Of a DNA stretch of 64,000 nt, positions 47,057 to 58,800 are shown one piece after another. Each line of letters opens with the position of its first letter. Position 1 is the first letter of the stretch. This DNA is from Yuukianura sp. NJ FZ-2021 (lineage: Eukaryota): the NCBI GenBank assembly GCA_046563655.1, contig CM102287.1, forward strand, positions 9,486,001 to 9,550,000, written 5' to 3'. A program made the position numbers and the translations under genes. The notes below the pieces were generated by a model that was not told the origin of the DNA, ran no database searches, and was given only the letters and a program-made list of their open reading frames with translations.

Positions 47057-47255
47057 GTAGGTTGCACTTTGGAATTCGGTGCGTGAACACCTTTTAACTT
47101 CTAATTGTTATTTAACTTATTCGTGATTAATTAAAATACGGTCGGTCCATGCCATACTCCGAATCGCGTGAGCACGATTTCCTCCATTGCATCTACTTTA
47201 ATACTAAATAGAGTTGATGCTATTAAATTCAAAAGTGAATGTAATAACTCAGATG

Positions 47256-48982
47256 TCAGTTGTACCATTCTATTTCGTCACTTAGGAAATGAATTGTGTT
47301 AATTAATTCTACAACAGCCTCCTTCGTTTCTATGAGTTCTTTAGACGGCGGTCTAAGGAACTCCAACTCACAGAAACCCGTTGACGGGTTACGGCCGTTC
47401 GGATTACGTCGTTCCGCTTCGTCTACTATGCTCGACCACTTGTCCCTTATGTCCCAAGCCATTCGTTTCAATTTCTCCAATTTGAGTATCAGTGTCGCCC
47501 TGTCGTTGAATTTCTAGTTAACAAAACAGCAGGATTTAAATTAAAATTAAATAAATCTAAGTAATTAGACTAAATTTTATATGATACGTTAGAGAAATAA
47601 CTCACTTGGTTACGCATGATTGTAGTTTTTTGGTACAGGAGTTTTTTTTTGCCAGTGCAGCAAAACAGCAAGTAAGGGATAAAGTGTCTAAACACTTTTC
47701 AAATGTACAATTTCCTAAAAGTAGGGTTTTTTTTTTATTTTTTGAAATGCCTGGGGGCAATCTCTCCGGAAAGTGGCATAACTTATCGTTACCACCAGAT
47801 TATTCCGAAATATTTGGTACTGTATTGCCCACGGCAATTTGCCCCAATCCGCGGACAGACATATTCCTCTCAACTTTTTCCCATACGAGAATTTAAATGC
47901 CTTGTTTTATTTTCAAACTGAAAGAGAAACTGTTTGAATAATTTCAAAAAATTATGTAATTAACGCCAAAAAACTGTAATTTTTCAAGCCTTAAAAATAA
48001 AACTCGGATGAAACTTATAGACTAAAGGTAATAGAATTTAAACGTATTTTGTGTTCTAACATAATAGAAAGTAAATATCTATGATTGTAATGATCTTCTT
48101 GACCTGAGTGACCTGGAAAAATTTTAAAAATTGCTCAATAAAAGGTCTCCAACAGCATGAAAAACATTAATAATTTAAAAAAAAAGTTTTAATATTCCAT
48201 CCTCCGTGTCTCAAATCAAATACTACAAGTTAAATGAGAGTTTTCGCAAGAGAAATGGATCCATAACTTTTATTTTTACTAAAAATGAAGTAGTAGTATG
48301 CACAAGGAACAGCACGACTTTGGAAAGTCAAACAGAATTTTTGAAAAGTACAATTTTTGAAATATGAGTTTACGGAATCTGGAGAAGCGTTTGAAATGTA
48401 GGAGTTGTAAATACGAAGTTAGTGTGAACCATAGTATACATAATCAATACAGTGTGAAATGATTTTTGACGTCTCCTCGTGAGTTTAACTGGAATACTAG
48501 GATTGGAGAATGTTGAGGTGAAAAGTTAAGTCAATCATAGGAGTGACAATGACAATTTGATGACACCTTTGGGTCTGGGTCAGGCGTTCGGAGTTCCTTG
48601 ATCAAATCGGGAAGATGGTTCGTCATGAGAATAACAATTTCCGCAATAGCTTTTGCTTCTTCTGGCGACTTGATGGCCTTGCCCATGATCCGTCCTTGTG
48701 ACTCCACGAGTAAGTCCCATGAATGTGCCTTTTCCAAAGCAAGTACTTTTTCATACTCCTTCAATCCTTCGACCCGCTCTGCAAGAACTTTTGACCGCTA
48801 TTGACAAAAAATATGAATTTGTTAATATTTTAATTTCCAATTAACAGTAATTCTTAAACATAATTGCCTTCGAAAAATTAACTTACCAATTTCGGCATGA
48901 CTTGAGTGTTCAACGTCTGCATGTTGCAGTCTGAATACCAGCCCTCCTGGATTCTCTTTTCCAATATTGCCATTTGAGCCAT
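47256..48982 (-). CDS. Uncharacterised helical protein of about 195 aa, 3 exons
   Basis: MAQMAILEKRIQEGW...PKL|RSKVLAERVEGLKEY...DPK|KFNDRATLILKLEKL...WYN; phase-0 GT-AG junctions. Confidence 0.55.
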
Positions 48983-49598
48983 AAGAAAATAAGTTAGTAA
49001 CCAAGTATCGTTGAGTTAACAGAGTTTTGTGACGTGGTTTGGCACTGAAGTGTCGCCGAGACAGACAGAAAGTACTCTGGGCAAGGCAGGTGAAGGCGGA
49101 ATTGGTTTTTATAGGCAACCACGCCAATGCTTTTAACCTTTCAACTTGCCCAGGTAGCTCTAAATTTTGACTAAAAACCAATTTCCAGGGAGTAGAGGTC
49201 CATCTTTTTTCAAATTTTCTTAAAAAAAAGAAGTTTTTGAACAAATTTGCATAAGTAGTTTTACCTTTGTTGTAGGATTGAAGTAGTAAACTGACCAAAG
49301 GCCAATGAACAATGCACAATTACTAATAAGGCTTGAACAATGGCGGAGATAAGTTCTCAAGTTGGATTTTTCTATTTCCAACCAACGCTCAAAAGCTATA
49401 CTATAAGCTGAGGTGGAGCAAAGTATGGACAAAATTTCTAAAAAACTACTCACATTTTCCAAGAATTCAACAAGCCTAGGTGGTTATTTTCAAAATCCGA
49501 AAAGAGTAAGGCGGCAATTTCCAAAATCATAAAACTTTAAACACGTTTTATTCAGCAGCAACGAATAATGAATTGACCTCAACGGTAAATCTTAAGCG

Positions 49599-50526
49599 CT
49601 AAGGTAAAACGCAAGACCAAACAAAAGGACTTTGGAGGCAGAGCTGATGGACTCTACGGAGAAAATTGTAAAATGTCCTTGACCTCTCTCCATTTTCAAA
49701 TTTCCAACAAACGTCGCTTCTTCCAATATCTAAAACCAAAATTTCAAACTTGAAAGTTCAAAATTTTGAAATTTGACAAAATTATAATCACATCATAAGA
49801 TGAAATTGCACAAGATTCGTCCAGAATTGAACTGACTGTGAAATTGACTCCTTCCATCTCATTGGTCAAAAATAGTTTTCCAGTTTTTGAAGTCGAAATG
49901 GATCCAATGTTCATCTTGGGATTTGCAGTCGTGATTTTGCAACCCTGAAAAAATATAATTTTGATGTTTCAAATTTTTGAAAGTTTTCAAAATTTTGAAA
50001 TCGGACTTGGTTATGTTCTTGTGTGTTGATGGAACAAATGAAGACGGGGTCAGTATAGAGGTCAGTGTAGGCGGACACTACGACTGCGTAGTTTGAAAAA
50101 CAGTTGAACGGTTGCGTCTCTTTGATGGCCAGCAGAAGCGACTGTCGCCTGTCACCCACAATGTCGTACTTCCAAGATGTCTCCCAGTAGTCGTCGCCAC
50201 CTAAAAAAATTTTGAGTGAACTTTTCAAAAAATTTCAAAGTTTTTGAAAATTAGTTAGCACAACTTTTCCTTTCTCTTCTTTTAATTTCAAAGGAATTAA
50301 TTGACGAAAAAATTTCAAAGCCTGGCGTTGACTGCTCATCTTTTTCAAGAAGATCTGTGAGATGATTTAAAAAAGAAGGAATATAAAACTTCTTCAAAAT
50401 TTCAAAATTGAAAAAATTGGTTTTATTGAATTCTTCCAAAATACCATCAAAATCAGCAAACTCTGATCTCGTTCTTGAACACGGTTGTTTTTGTATAATT
50501 CCAAAAAATCTCTTTGCGGATTCCAT
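49599..50526 (-). CDS. Uncharacterised protein, tentative 4-exon model
   Basis: Open exons MESAKRFF..., GDDYWETSW..., GCKITTAN... and ILEEATF... joined by short phase-compatible introns; donors are weak. Confidence 0.4.
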
Positions 50527-51239
50527 TTTTTTTTGTAAAATCTCACCAGCAATCAGTTTTTACTTTGAACTTTTCTTTGAACTTTCACTTTTTTTTTGAA
50601 AATCGCAATTTCTTCCCCGCACAAAAGCACAACATTGTTAATTATTAATTAGGATTTGGTCACTGAAGATGAGAGCATGAGCGTTGCATGATGTGTTCCA
50701 CTTTATTATTGATTTTGTGTCTTGATCAAGCCGATATCTCCCCTCAAATTATGAAAAAAACCGAAAACAAAAAATCGAAACACTGAAAACATAAAAAAGC
50801 GAAACACCGAAAACATAAAAATACCGAAACACCGCCACCCCACTTGACCTCTCTTTGGTGGTGGCGTAATTCTTTGATGAAAAAATCACTCGAGCAATTA
50901 AGTTACTAATTAACTTTTAGTTTAAGTTAACTGTGATATTTTTCCTGTAGGATCGCTTTAACGTAGGTCTTTGAAGTGTCAAAACCACAAAGGAAACAAA
51001 ACCGACACAAAACGGAATCTTTTATCACATCTTAACAATCAAACCGTTTCTTTGTTAGTGTATCTTTTAATTAAAAGGTGTTAATTAATCCAGGTATAAA
51101 AGCACGATCAAAGTACAAAACTTTTACACAACAGATTTCAACATTTCTAGTTTTAACTAAAATTTAAGCTTAATTGTTCACAATTGTAATTGTAAAATCT
51201 AAATTGAGGGAGAAGTTTTAGAAAAAAAATTAAAAAACT

Positions 51240-51745
51240 ATGGCGGGAAATTTGCGACTTTTCACTTTGGCGGCCGCATTTGTTCTCTGCCATTTTATCC
51301 ATGGAGAAGCCAAAATTGTTTTCATGGTTAGTTTTTGCGAAAATTTATTGAATTATATTATTTATTTAAGTAAAATATTATTTATATAATTATAAATTAA
51401 TTATGCTTATAGACTCCCAATGAAAGGATGACGCCGAGTCCGATTCTGGAATCACATTTTGTGTGCTCTTGTCCTGGAGTTGATCGAGACGTGATGCTTT
51501 GTGCCAACAATGGAATCACTTACACTTCCTCGTGCAAGTTCGCTTGTGACCAGAAAGAAAATCCATGTAATTAATTAAATTAATTAATTTTTATAGTAAT
51601 TTAATGTAAGATACAAAATAAATTCACTTTGACCTTTGACCTTTCAGATTTGAAGATCACCAAGGAAGGAACTTGTGCCGGCGTGACTCTTTTGATGCAC
51701 CAAGAAGCATCTCGAAAGCGTCCACACTATCAATCCGGAAAATAA
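51240..51745 (+). CDS. Secreted single-domain Kazal-type protein (absent from the ORF track)
   Basis: Signal exon; CSCPGVDRDVMLCANNGITYTSSCKFAC...LKITKEGTC six-Cys Kazal pattern; 3 exons. Confidence 0.85.
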
Positions 51746-52218
51746 AACCTTTGTTCAAAAATTGATTGTTTTGCAACATTTTTGAAAAAATTCAATTTGT
51801 TTTTCCTTATTGTTAAAAAAACTCAATTTTTTCGTATTGCTTAAGAAAAATCGTCCGTGTTTGCCGTTGAGACGGTAAGAGCGCGAATCTGGCAGTTCAA
51901 ATATCAAAATGTGTAGACAGGAATGAATTTTTGATTTTTTCTGTAAACTAACTTTTTTTTTAATTAATTGAAGTTAATTTTAATTAATTGTTTTCTATCG
52001 GTAATCTACACAATTCGTTGGAACCGATTCTCGATTGACAAAGTGCCGTGATTGAATCCTAAGTTTCAGCAGTGCTTGCAATTTCAAGGCAAAGGTCAGT
52101 TTAACTTCTTTTAAAGTTGCATGTTTGAGTTTCAAACTTTGAATTTTGGATTAGTAATTGGATAGCGTAAGTGACACTTAATTGACAATTTCGTCGTTCT
52201 GGATTTCAGTATAGTGTG

Positions 52219-52942
52219 ATGTCGACTGGTGATGGAGTTGCTGGTGAGGATGGAGCTGGAAGTCCAGGGAACGTTATTGACTTGATGAAACTCCATCCTT
52301 CTCAACTGCAAGGACTCAAACAACAAGTGGAGCAGGAACTCAATTTCTACCAAGAAGCAGTCATGTCGCTCAAGGAAGTCCAGTTGAAGATGCAAGAGGC
52401 CGGGAATTGCGTCAAGAGCTTATCAGCTGACAAGAAGGACATCCTCGTTCCAGTCACAGGATCTGTAAACTGCTGAACATTCTTAAATCGGTTAACCTCT
52501 GTGTTCAAAAACTGTCATTTAACGTTCTTAATTTATAGATGTTCGTCCGAGGAGAGATTGAGGATACTGAAAACGTTCTAATCGATATAGGAACTGGCTA
52601 CTTCATTGAAAAGGTAACCAACATTTGGCACTTTAGGCTCTTGGTTGGGAAATTAACACAATTTTTGTCGTTTTTAGAATCTGGAAGATGCCAAGGACTA
52701 TTTCAAACGTAAAGTAGAATTTCTCACGACTCAGATAGAAAAAGTTCAAAGTGTAGGTCGTGAAAAATCTACTGTGAGAGCAGGTCAGTTTAAAAACAAA
52801 GAATCCGTTTCATTACGATCAAACTGTTGTCAAAACTTCCCAATTTTTTCATGTTATAGCCATTGTGGACATTCTGGAGAGTAAACTGCAACAAATAGCA
52901 GCTGCCCAACAACAACAGACAACAACAGTGGCCAAATCATGA
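52219..52942 (+). CDS. PFDN5: Prefoldin subunit 5
   Basis: QLQGLKQQVEQE, ILVPVTGSMFVRG, VLIDIGTGYFIEK, AKDYFKRKVEF. Confidence 0.95.
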
Positions 52943-55811
52943 TCTCTTTACAGTGCTTTGCTGAATGACCTGCGTCCCTTGTCCACTTCATCATCATCAT
53001 CACAAGAGTAACCACATACTGCTTTTTCTAAAAATCATGCCCATATGCTTTTCAAATTTTCAAAAAAATAAAGACTTAACATTCAAAACTGGATTAATTA
53101 CGAAATTCTTTGTTTAGAAGGGACCTCTTTTTAAAAAACGCAGATGATGAAATCAAAAACAAAAATCGGTGAGCAGAGAGAGGGAACTTTTGTTTAAAAA
53201 ATAAAAATTTGACCCCCTTCGGGAACTAGCGGAAGTTCCACTTCTCACCAAACAGAAGTGGAGGCGAGGCCAGCCGCTTTTTATGCAAATTTCAGTTTCG
53301 AAAAAATTGGACAATTTTTTTTAGAAAAAGTTCAAAAAAATTGGAACAGGAAAGCGGAGAGGGTGGTTTTGTTCAAAGAGTGGCATAAAGGGGAGACTCC
53401 CGTGGCCTGGATTTCCTTTGAGTTTACTCACTCCCTATTATTTTGTGAAGGGGATAAAGGGTGCGGAGTTTTTAAAAAAATGTTGAATTCATTTAAAAAA
53501 AAAAGTTTTAACATTTTTTTAAAAAGTTAAATTCTGAACAGATTGCGTAAAGTGGTGTGTTAAGGGTGCGTCACACAGGAAAGTGACGGGACCGAATTTT
53601 TTTTCAAAATCAACGCGGCGTCATTTTCTGACATGTCAAAAACACTGTTTTTCTTATATATTTAACTTTAACTTTAGCTTAACTTTACACGAAAATTTAA
53701 CTAAAGTTAAAAGTTTTAATCTTTGCAGTTAAGGTCAAAGGTCAACTTTCTTTTTAAAGACATTTGAATCCATTTGCATTTCAATTCGTTGAAGCTTTGA
53801 ATTCTGGCAGCAACTTTTTTTGCCGCCGAAATTGCTGAGAATTGTCTTGTGTAACTGTTATTTTTGTGAAAAGTGTTGCGTAATTTCAGGAAGTTTTAAG
53901 GGCCCATGAGCCCTTTGTTTAATTACTTTTACGTTGTGAGTTCACAGCTGGATGGAAGTGTCGAAAGAAGGAAGGACGTGTGGGGGGACTTTTTTTCGTC
54001 CATTTTTTGAAAAAAACGTGAGCTCAATTAATTTTTTTTTCAACTTTTAGAAAAAAATGTTTGAAATCCTGACATGATGTGAATAGAAAGTAGGGAGAAG
54101 GGTAGGGAGGACTTGGAATTTGAATAAGAACGAACTGGATCCCTTGATCATGATCATCTTTCCTTATTTGAATACTGGATGTGTCCAAGGGAGAGTCCTA
54201 GGGAGACTTCAAGGTGTAAGGATCCCTTAAGGGCTCCTTTCGTCCTTAACGTGTCTTCTTTCCTCTTTCCATCGTCAGATGAGCATCAAGTTTTAGCTCT
54301 CTGAAGTAATCACTTTTCAACAAGAAAAAATTCAGAGAGGCATAAAAAAGTCTTTACATTTTTTTATTTTCAAAAAAAAAGTTTTGTTTTATAAAACTAC
54401 TTTACGAACAACTCTCGTCCTTCATTTCAAGTCTCCCTCAGGGTCCAGCTAGGTCCACTTCCACAGTGTTGCAGTGAAAATCAAAATTTCAAAAGTTTTC
54501 AAAATTTCAGTGAAAAATTTGGTTTTCAAGTTTACATCTTAACTTTAGCAACAAACACAACAGTTCCAGCTTCAAAATTAGGTAAGATGAAAGTTTTTGA
54601 AAGTTTGTTTCTCCAAATCTCAGTTTCTGAAGAAAAATTATTTTTTGAAAGCGCTGTTACAATCTATTGGAATTTTTGAAAAACCGTTAAAGCCGCCTTT
54701 ACACTAATTCTAACGTGGAATGTGTGAAAATTTAAAAGGTCAAAATGGCGCCGTTTGTTAACAATTAGCAAGTTAATGTTTGTTTTCTTGTTTAATTGCG
54801 ATAGTAAACTATTAAACTGATTGCGTTTCGTTTGTTTCGTTGTAAATTGTAAACTGATCAAATTCCAGTAATTCAAAGTTTACTGTTTTATGGCTTTTTT
54901 GACTTATTGTTCTTATCGTTCTTGTGCATACTACAATCTCATCAAAGTATTAAAAAAAACTTGCTGATGCGACTTTTCTTGTTAAAGCCTTGAAGCAGCT
55001 TTTGAGACAAAAAAAATACTGAAAATTCATTTTCTTGGATCGTGTGTAGTAAATACTTATTGAGCGCCGTGTTACTACAAACTTTTCACGTACAATAATT
55101 ACTATGAAAAACGCTTTGAATTATTTTTATTAAGGTTTTGAACAGACGTGACTTCTCATTAAGTTTTTTGAAGTTACAAAAAATCAGCTTTTCCAGTTTT
55201 TGCGCCTCAACTTTCAACCCTCTTTTTCAAAACTCGTTTTTACCTTTTTCTTCTAAGTAAAAAATTACTTTTCCTGCGTCTTTTTCTTGACTTTCGGAAA
55301 AATTTTAAACTTTTGCCCCGCACAAAACGTCGCTTGTGTGTATCAGGCTTTAGTCAAATTTTTGGGGAGTAATTGACCTTTGCTTAATTGTTTAGAAAAA
55401 CAATTTTTTTAAAACACAAATTACTTTTAAAACGAGTTTATTCGTTGTAAAATCTCGTTTTTTGACTTCTGTAGGACTGGATTTATGAGCTTGTTCAAAG
55501 AGGTTATCCTTGTTATTACTCTTTTTTTCTGTGTAAATTCAACTCTGAAATGCAAAAAGTTAATGTTTCATAGTGTGCAATTTCTGTACTGAAAAACTAT
55601 GGACTCATTTTACAAACCACTTTATAGTAGAAACTAAAAAGTTCGAGTCCAGTTTGTGTTTATCCTTTGATAGGAACAGAACTTAATGGTAGAGCAATTA
55701 ATGTTAAAAGTGAGGTTAAGGCGGATGACCTGTCGCTGTTTGAGGTTAACCTGTGTTAAAACCCTAATCTGAAGGGTTAAAAAGTGAAAAGTTAAAAGTT
55801 AAAAGTGTTAA

Positions 55812-58800
55812 ATGTTTGAGGGAAAGTGGACAGAGAAGAAGATGGAGCACCGGAAGCTTCCTGGAAGTGATTTGGGGGCGGGGGGAAGTTACCCGGAAGG
55901 TGGTGGGGGTGGGGCCGTTGGCGGTGGGTTGGTTGACCGCAGTGCTTCTATTGCCTTAACAAAACTTATGAGTACAAAACGCGCTGGCGGTGACGGATCG
56001 CTGCTCAGTAGTGGCAGTAGTAGTTCAATTAGTTTGCAAAAGTCAAAAAATCTCATGTTTAATCACAAACATTTACAGTATATACCTCTGCACCATCAGG
56101 ATCGGCAGCATCGGCAGCGATCCGGAGTGGCCCCACCGTCGTCACATCAGCAACCCCCACCGTCACACATGACCTCTTTGATGGTCAATGGACGAACTAC
56201 TGCTGGTCACCCGTCGAGGTCACTCGACCTTCAAGGTCATCCGTCATCAGGATCGGCAGGGATAAACTACCACCGACAGGATCCACAGTTGATGTCGCCA
56301 GCACATCAGTCGTCAGCACACCAGTCGCCAGCACATCACCAATATTCCAGTAGTGACAGAGATCGGCAGCATCTGCGGTACCCACCACAGTCACATTCAC
56401 AACATACCAGAATTCATCCTGTGACGAAAAGTATTGGTGTTGGGGCGAACCTGAATTACCCCAGAACGGCTCCCCCTGGGTCAAGGCAAGGTCAAGGATT
56501 AGCACAAGAGGAAGAACAGTCAAGAGACTTCCGGATTGTGCCGTCGTCATACCAACAGCATCACGGCGGACATGGACTGACGCCAAGTCGGTATGACTCC
56601 AACCCACAACCACATCCGTCACCTGCCTCATCTTCCACCACCTCGACGGTGGCCCAACTAGCCCATGGAGGTGTCCTCAGTAAGTAAAAAATGTGACAAT
56701 AAAATCCTAACAAATCGGTTCATTTTGGACGTAACAATGACAGTAACAATGAAAAACACTTTGGGTGTGGATCAATTGATCCGGATTTAGGGATTTGTTG
56801 TGTAAAAAGAGGCGCACGAGATCCTTGTTGTTCTGTTGACATCTTCCTTTTGTGTCAGATTCAGGTAAAAACCTAACCTATTGATTAACAATTGGTTCCC
56901 CCTCGACAGCATTGTGGGCCCGGATCGTGTACTTGGACCTGTTGCGTCTTCGACATTGCACCCGAAGGACCACCGGAGCTATGTTGTTGGAACAATTTTT
57001 CAAAAAAAAAGTTGTTCAAAATAATCCCAAAATCGTTTTGAAAAAAAGAGTTTTGAGAAACGTCATTTTGAAAAAAGCCGCTCTGGAATTAAACGACTTT
57101 AAGTAAACGGTTAAGCTAATCTTATTTTTTTAAATGATGGACTGTTTATTGCAAAATGTTAATCTTGGCACTGATTCATTCACATTTTTTTTCTTGGTTT
57201 TGCAGATATTAGCCTGGGTCACGGCCTGGGTCATTCTGCAGACTCCATGTCCATTCATCATCAGCCCAGCCGAACTACAGTAGAACTCGGCAGTACTTCG
57301 CACAAAGAGTTACAACACGGAAGTAGTCAAGGTCGAAGGTCACCGTTGACCCAGCAGCATCTCCACCAGCATCACAGACCTTCCAGCCCTCCGCCTCTTC
57401 CCCAAGGGGGACTCATCAAACCGAAGTTCTCTGCCGGTCCACATCCAAGTACACTCTCATCTGCGCAACTCGAAATGTTCAACAGTCTCAAAGCAGCGAG
57501 TCAAAAAATTGTCAGCCAAAATGTCAACGGAACACGTAAGCCTAATTTCAAAAGTTCACGAGAATTTCAATTTCTCATAAAATTTCGGTTGAAAAATGCA
57601 AGGTTCATGGATCATGGGTGTCACTCTGTCTGAAAAAAAAAGACGTTTTGCGTCATGTTATTTTTTATCAATTCAAAAGTTGCGTCAATGTCTGTCGGAG
57701 TCCTTGACTCATCATAAATTATCCAGAGTCACTTAAGTTAACTAACTACGCATATAACAAAAAGTGATAACAGCGTGTGACCTGACATGACCTCTGACTT
57801 TTAAAACGAGGTCAAAGGTCAACTGAGCAATAACACAACACAGTCTGCATTTGGTTTGCAATAATCTTGAAAGAGGGCAAAAACCAAATGGGTGCGGTGA
57901 GTGATTAGAATTAATCATAGTTAGACTTTATATTAGAAAATACCGGCCCCACTTTTTTTTAACTCCTCCGTTAATTGAATTCGGTTAGATTTATGCACAC
58001 AACAAAAATTGCAATTAATTAGTAAGCAATTTGGCGCGTGTCTAAAGATTGCGGTAGTTCCAGGAGTCATATTGGTTTGGGATGACCTGATTTTGTGTAG
58101 TACTTTAACCTTACATTTTAAAAAACTTAAGCTGGGAATAGTTGCAGTTTTGAGTGATAGTTGTAGCCAATGCAAGTAATTTCCTGGACTTTAGAACCAC
58201 CGTTTGACTCTAATCAACCACAACTCAATTAACTTAACGCCAATTTCTTAAATAACTTCGTAGTAAAAACGGGATAAATTAATTAATGGATGATCAAAAG
58301 TGGGCAGGAGGAGATTTAAAAATAGGACATACTCAATTAGCAATTAACCACAACGTGATGTAACTCAAAGACTCAAAAAAAATCGTTTTTTTCGAAATGC
58401 TTTTTTGAAACTGCTGAAGTACCTAAGAAACTTGTTTCAATTTTTTCTACACGTATTTTTTTGTCAAATTTTTGAAGTCCAAAACGCCGAGTGTAATTTT
58501 TTACTAATTGAATGTGTATATAGCTACTTTATGGTAGCCATTTTCTGTCTGTCCGTCCGTCCATTTTTTTTGTCTGCATGTTCGTCCGTCCGTCCATATT
58601 TCTGTCTGCCTGTCTGTCTATCTGTCTGTCTGTCTATATGTCTATATCTCTATATGTCTGTCTGTCTGTCTGTCTGTCTGTCTTTCTGTCTGCATGCCTA
58701 ATGTGTTCGTCTTTCTTTAAATGAGCTTAATTTGTTGTGTCGTTTTTTTGTCCTAAAATTCGAAGTTTATTTTAATTGCAGTTTGTTTTTAATTTTTCGT

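Noticed and set aside
56197..56631. 144-aa minus-strand ORF
   Set aside because: Antisense shadow of the His/Gln-rich nab exon
58405..58701. 98-aa hydrophobic ORF
   Set aside because: Translation of the TCTG microsatellite
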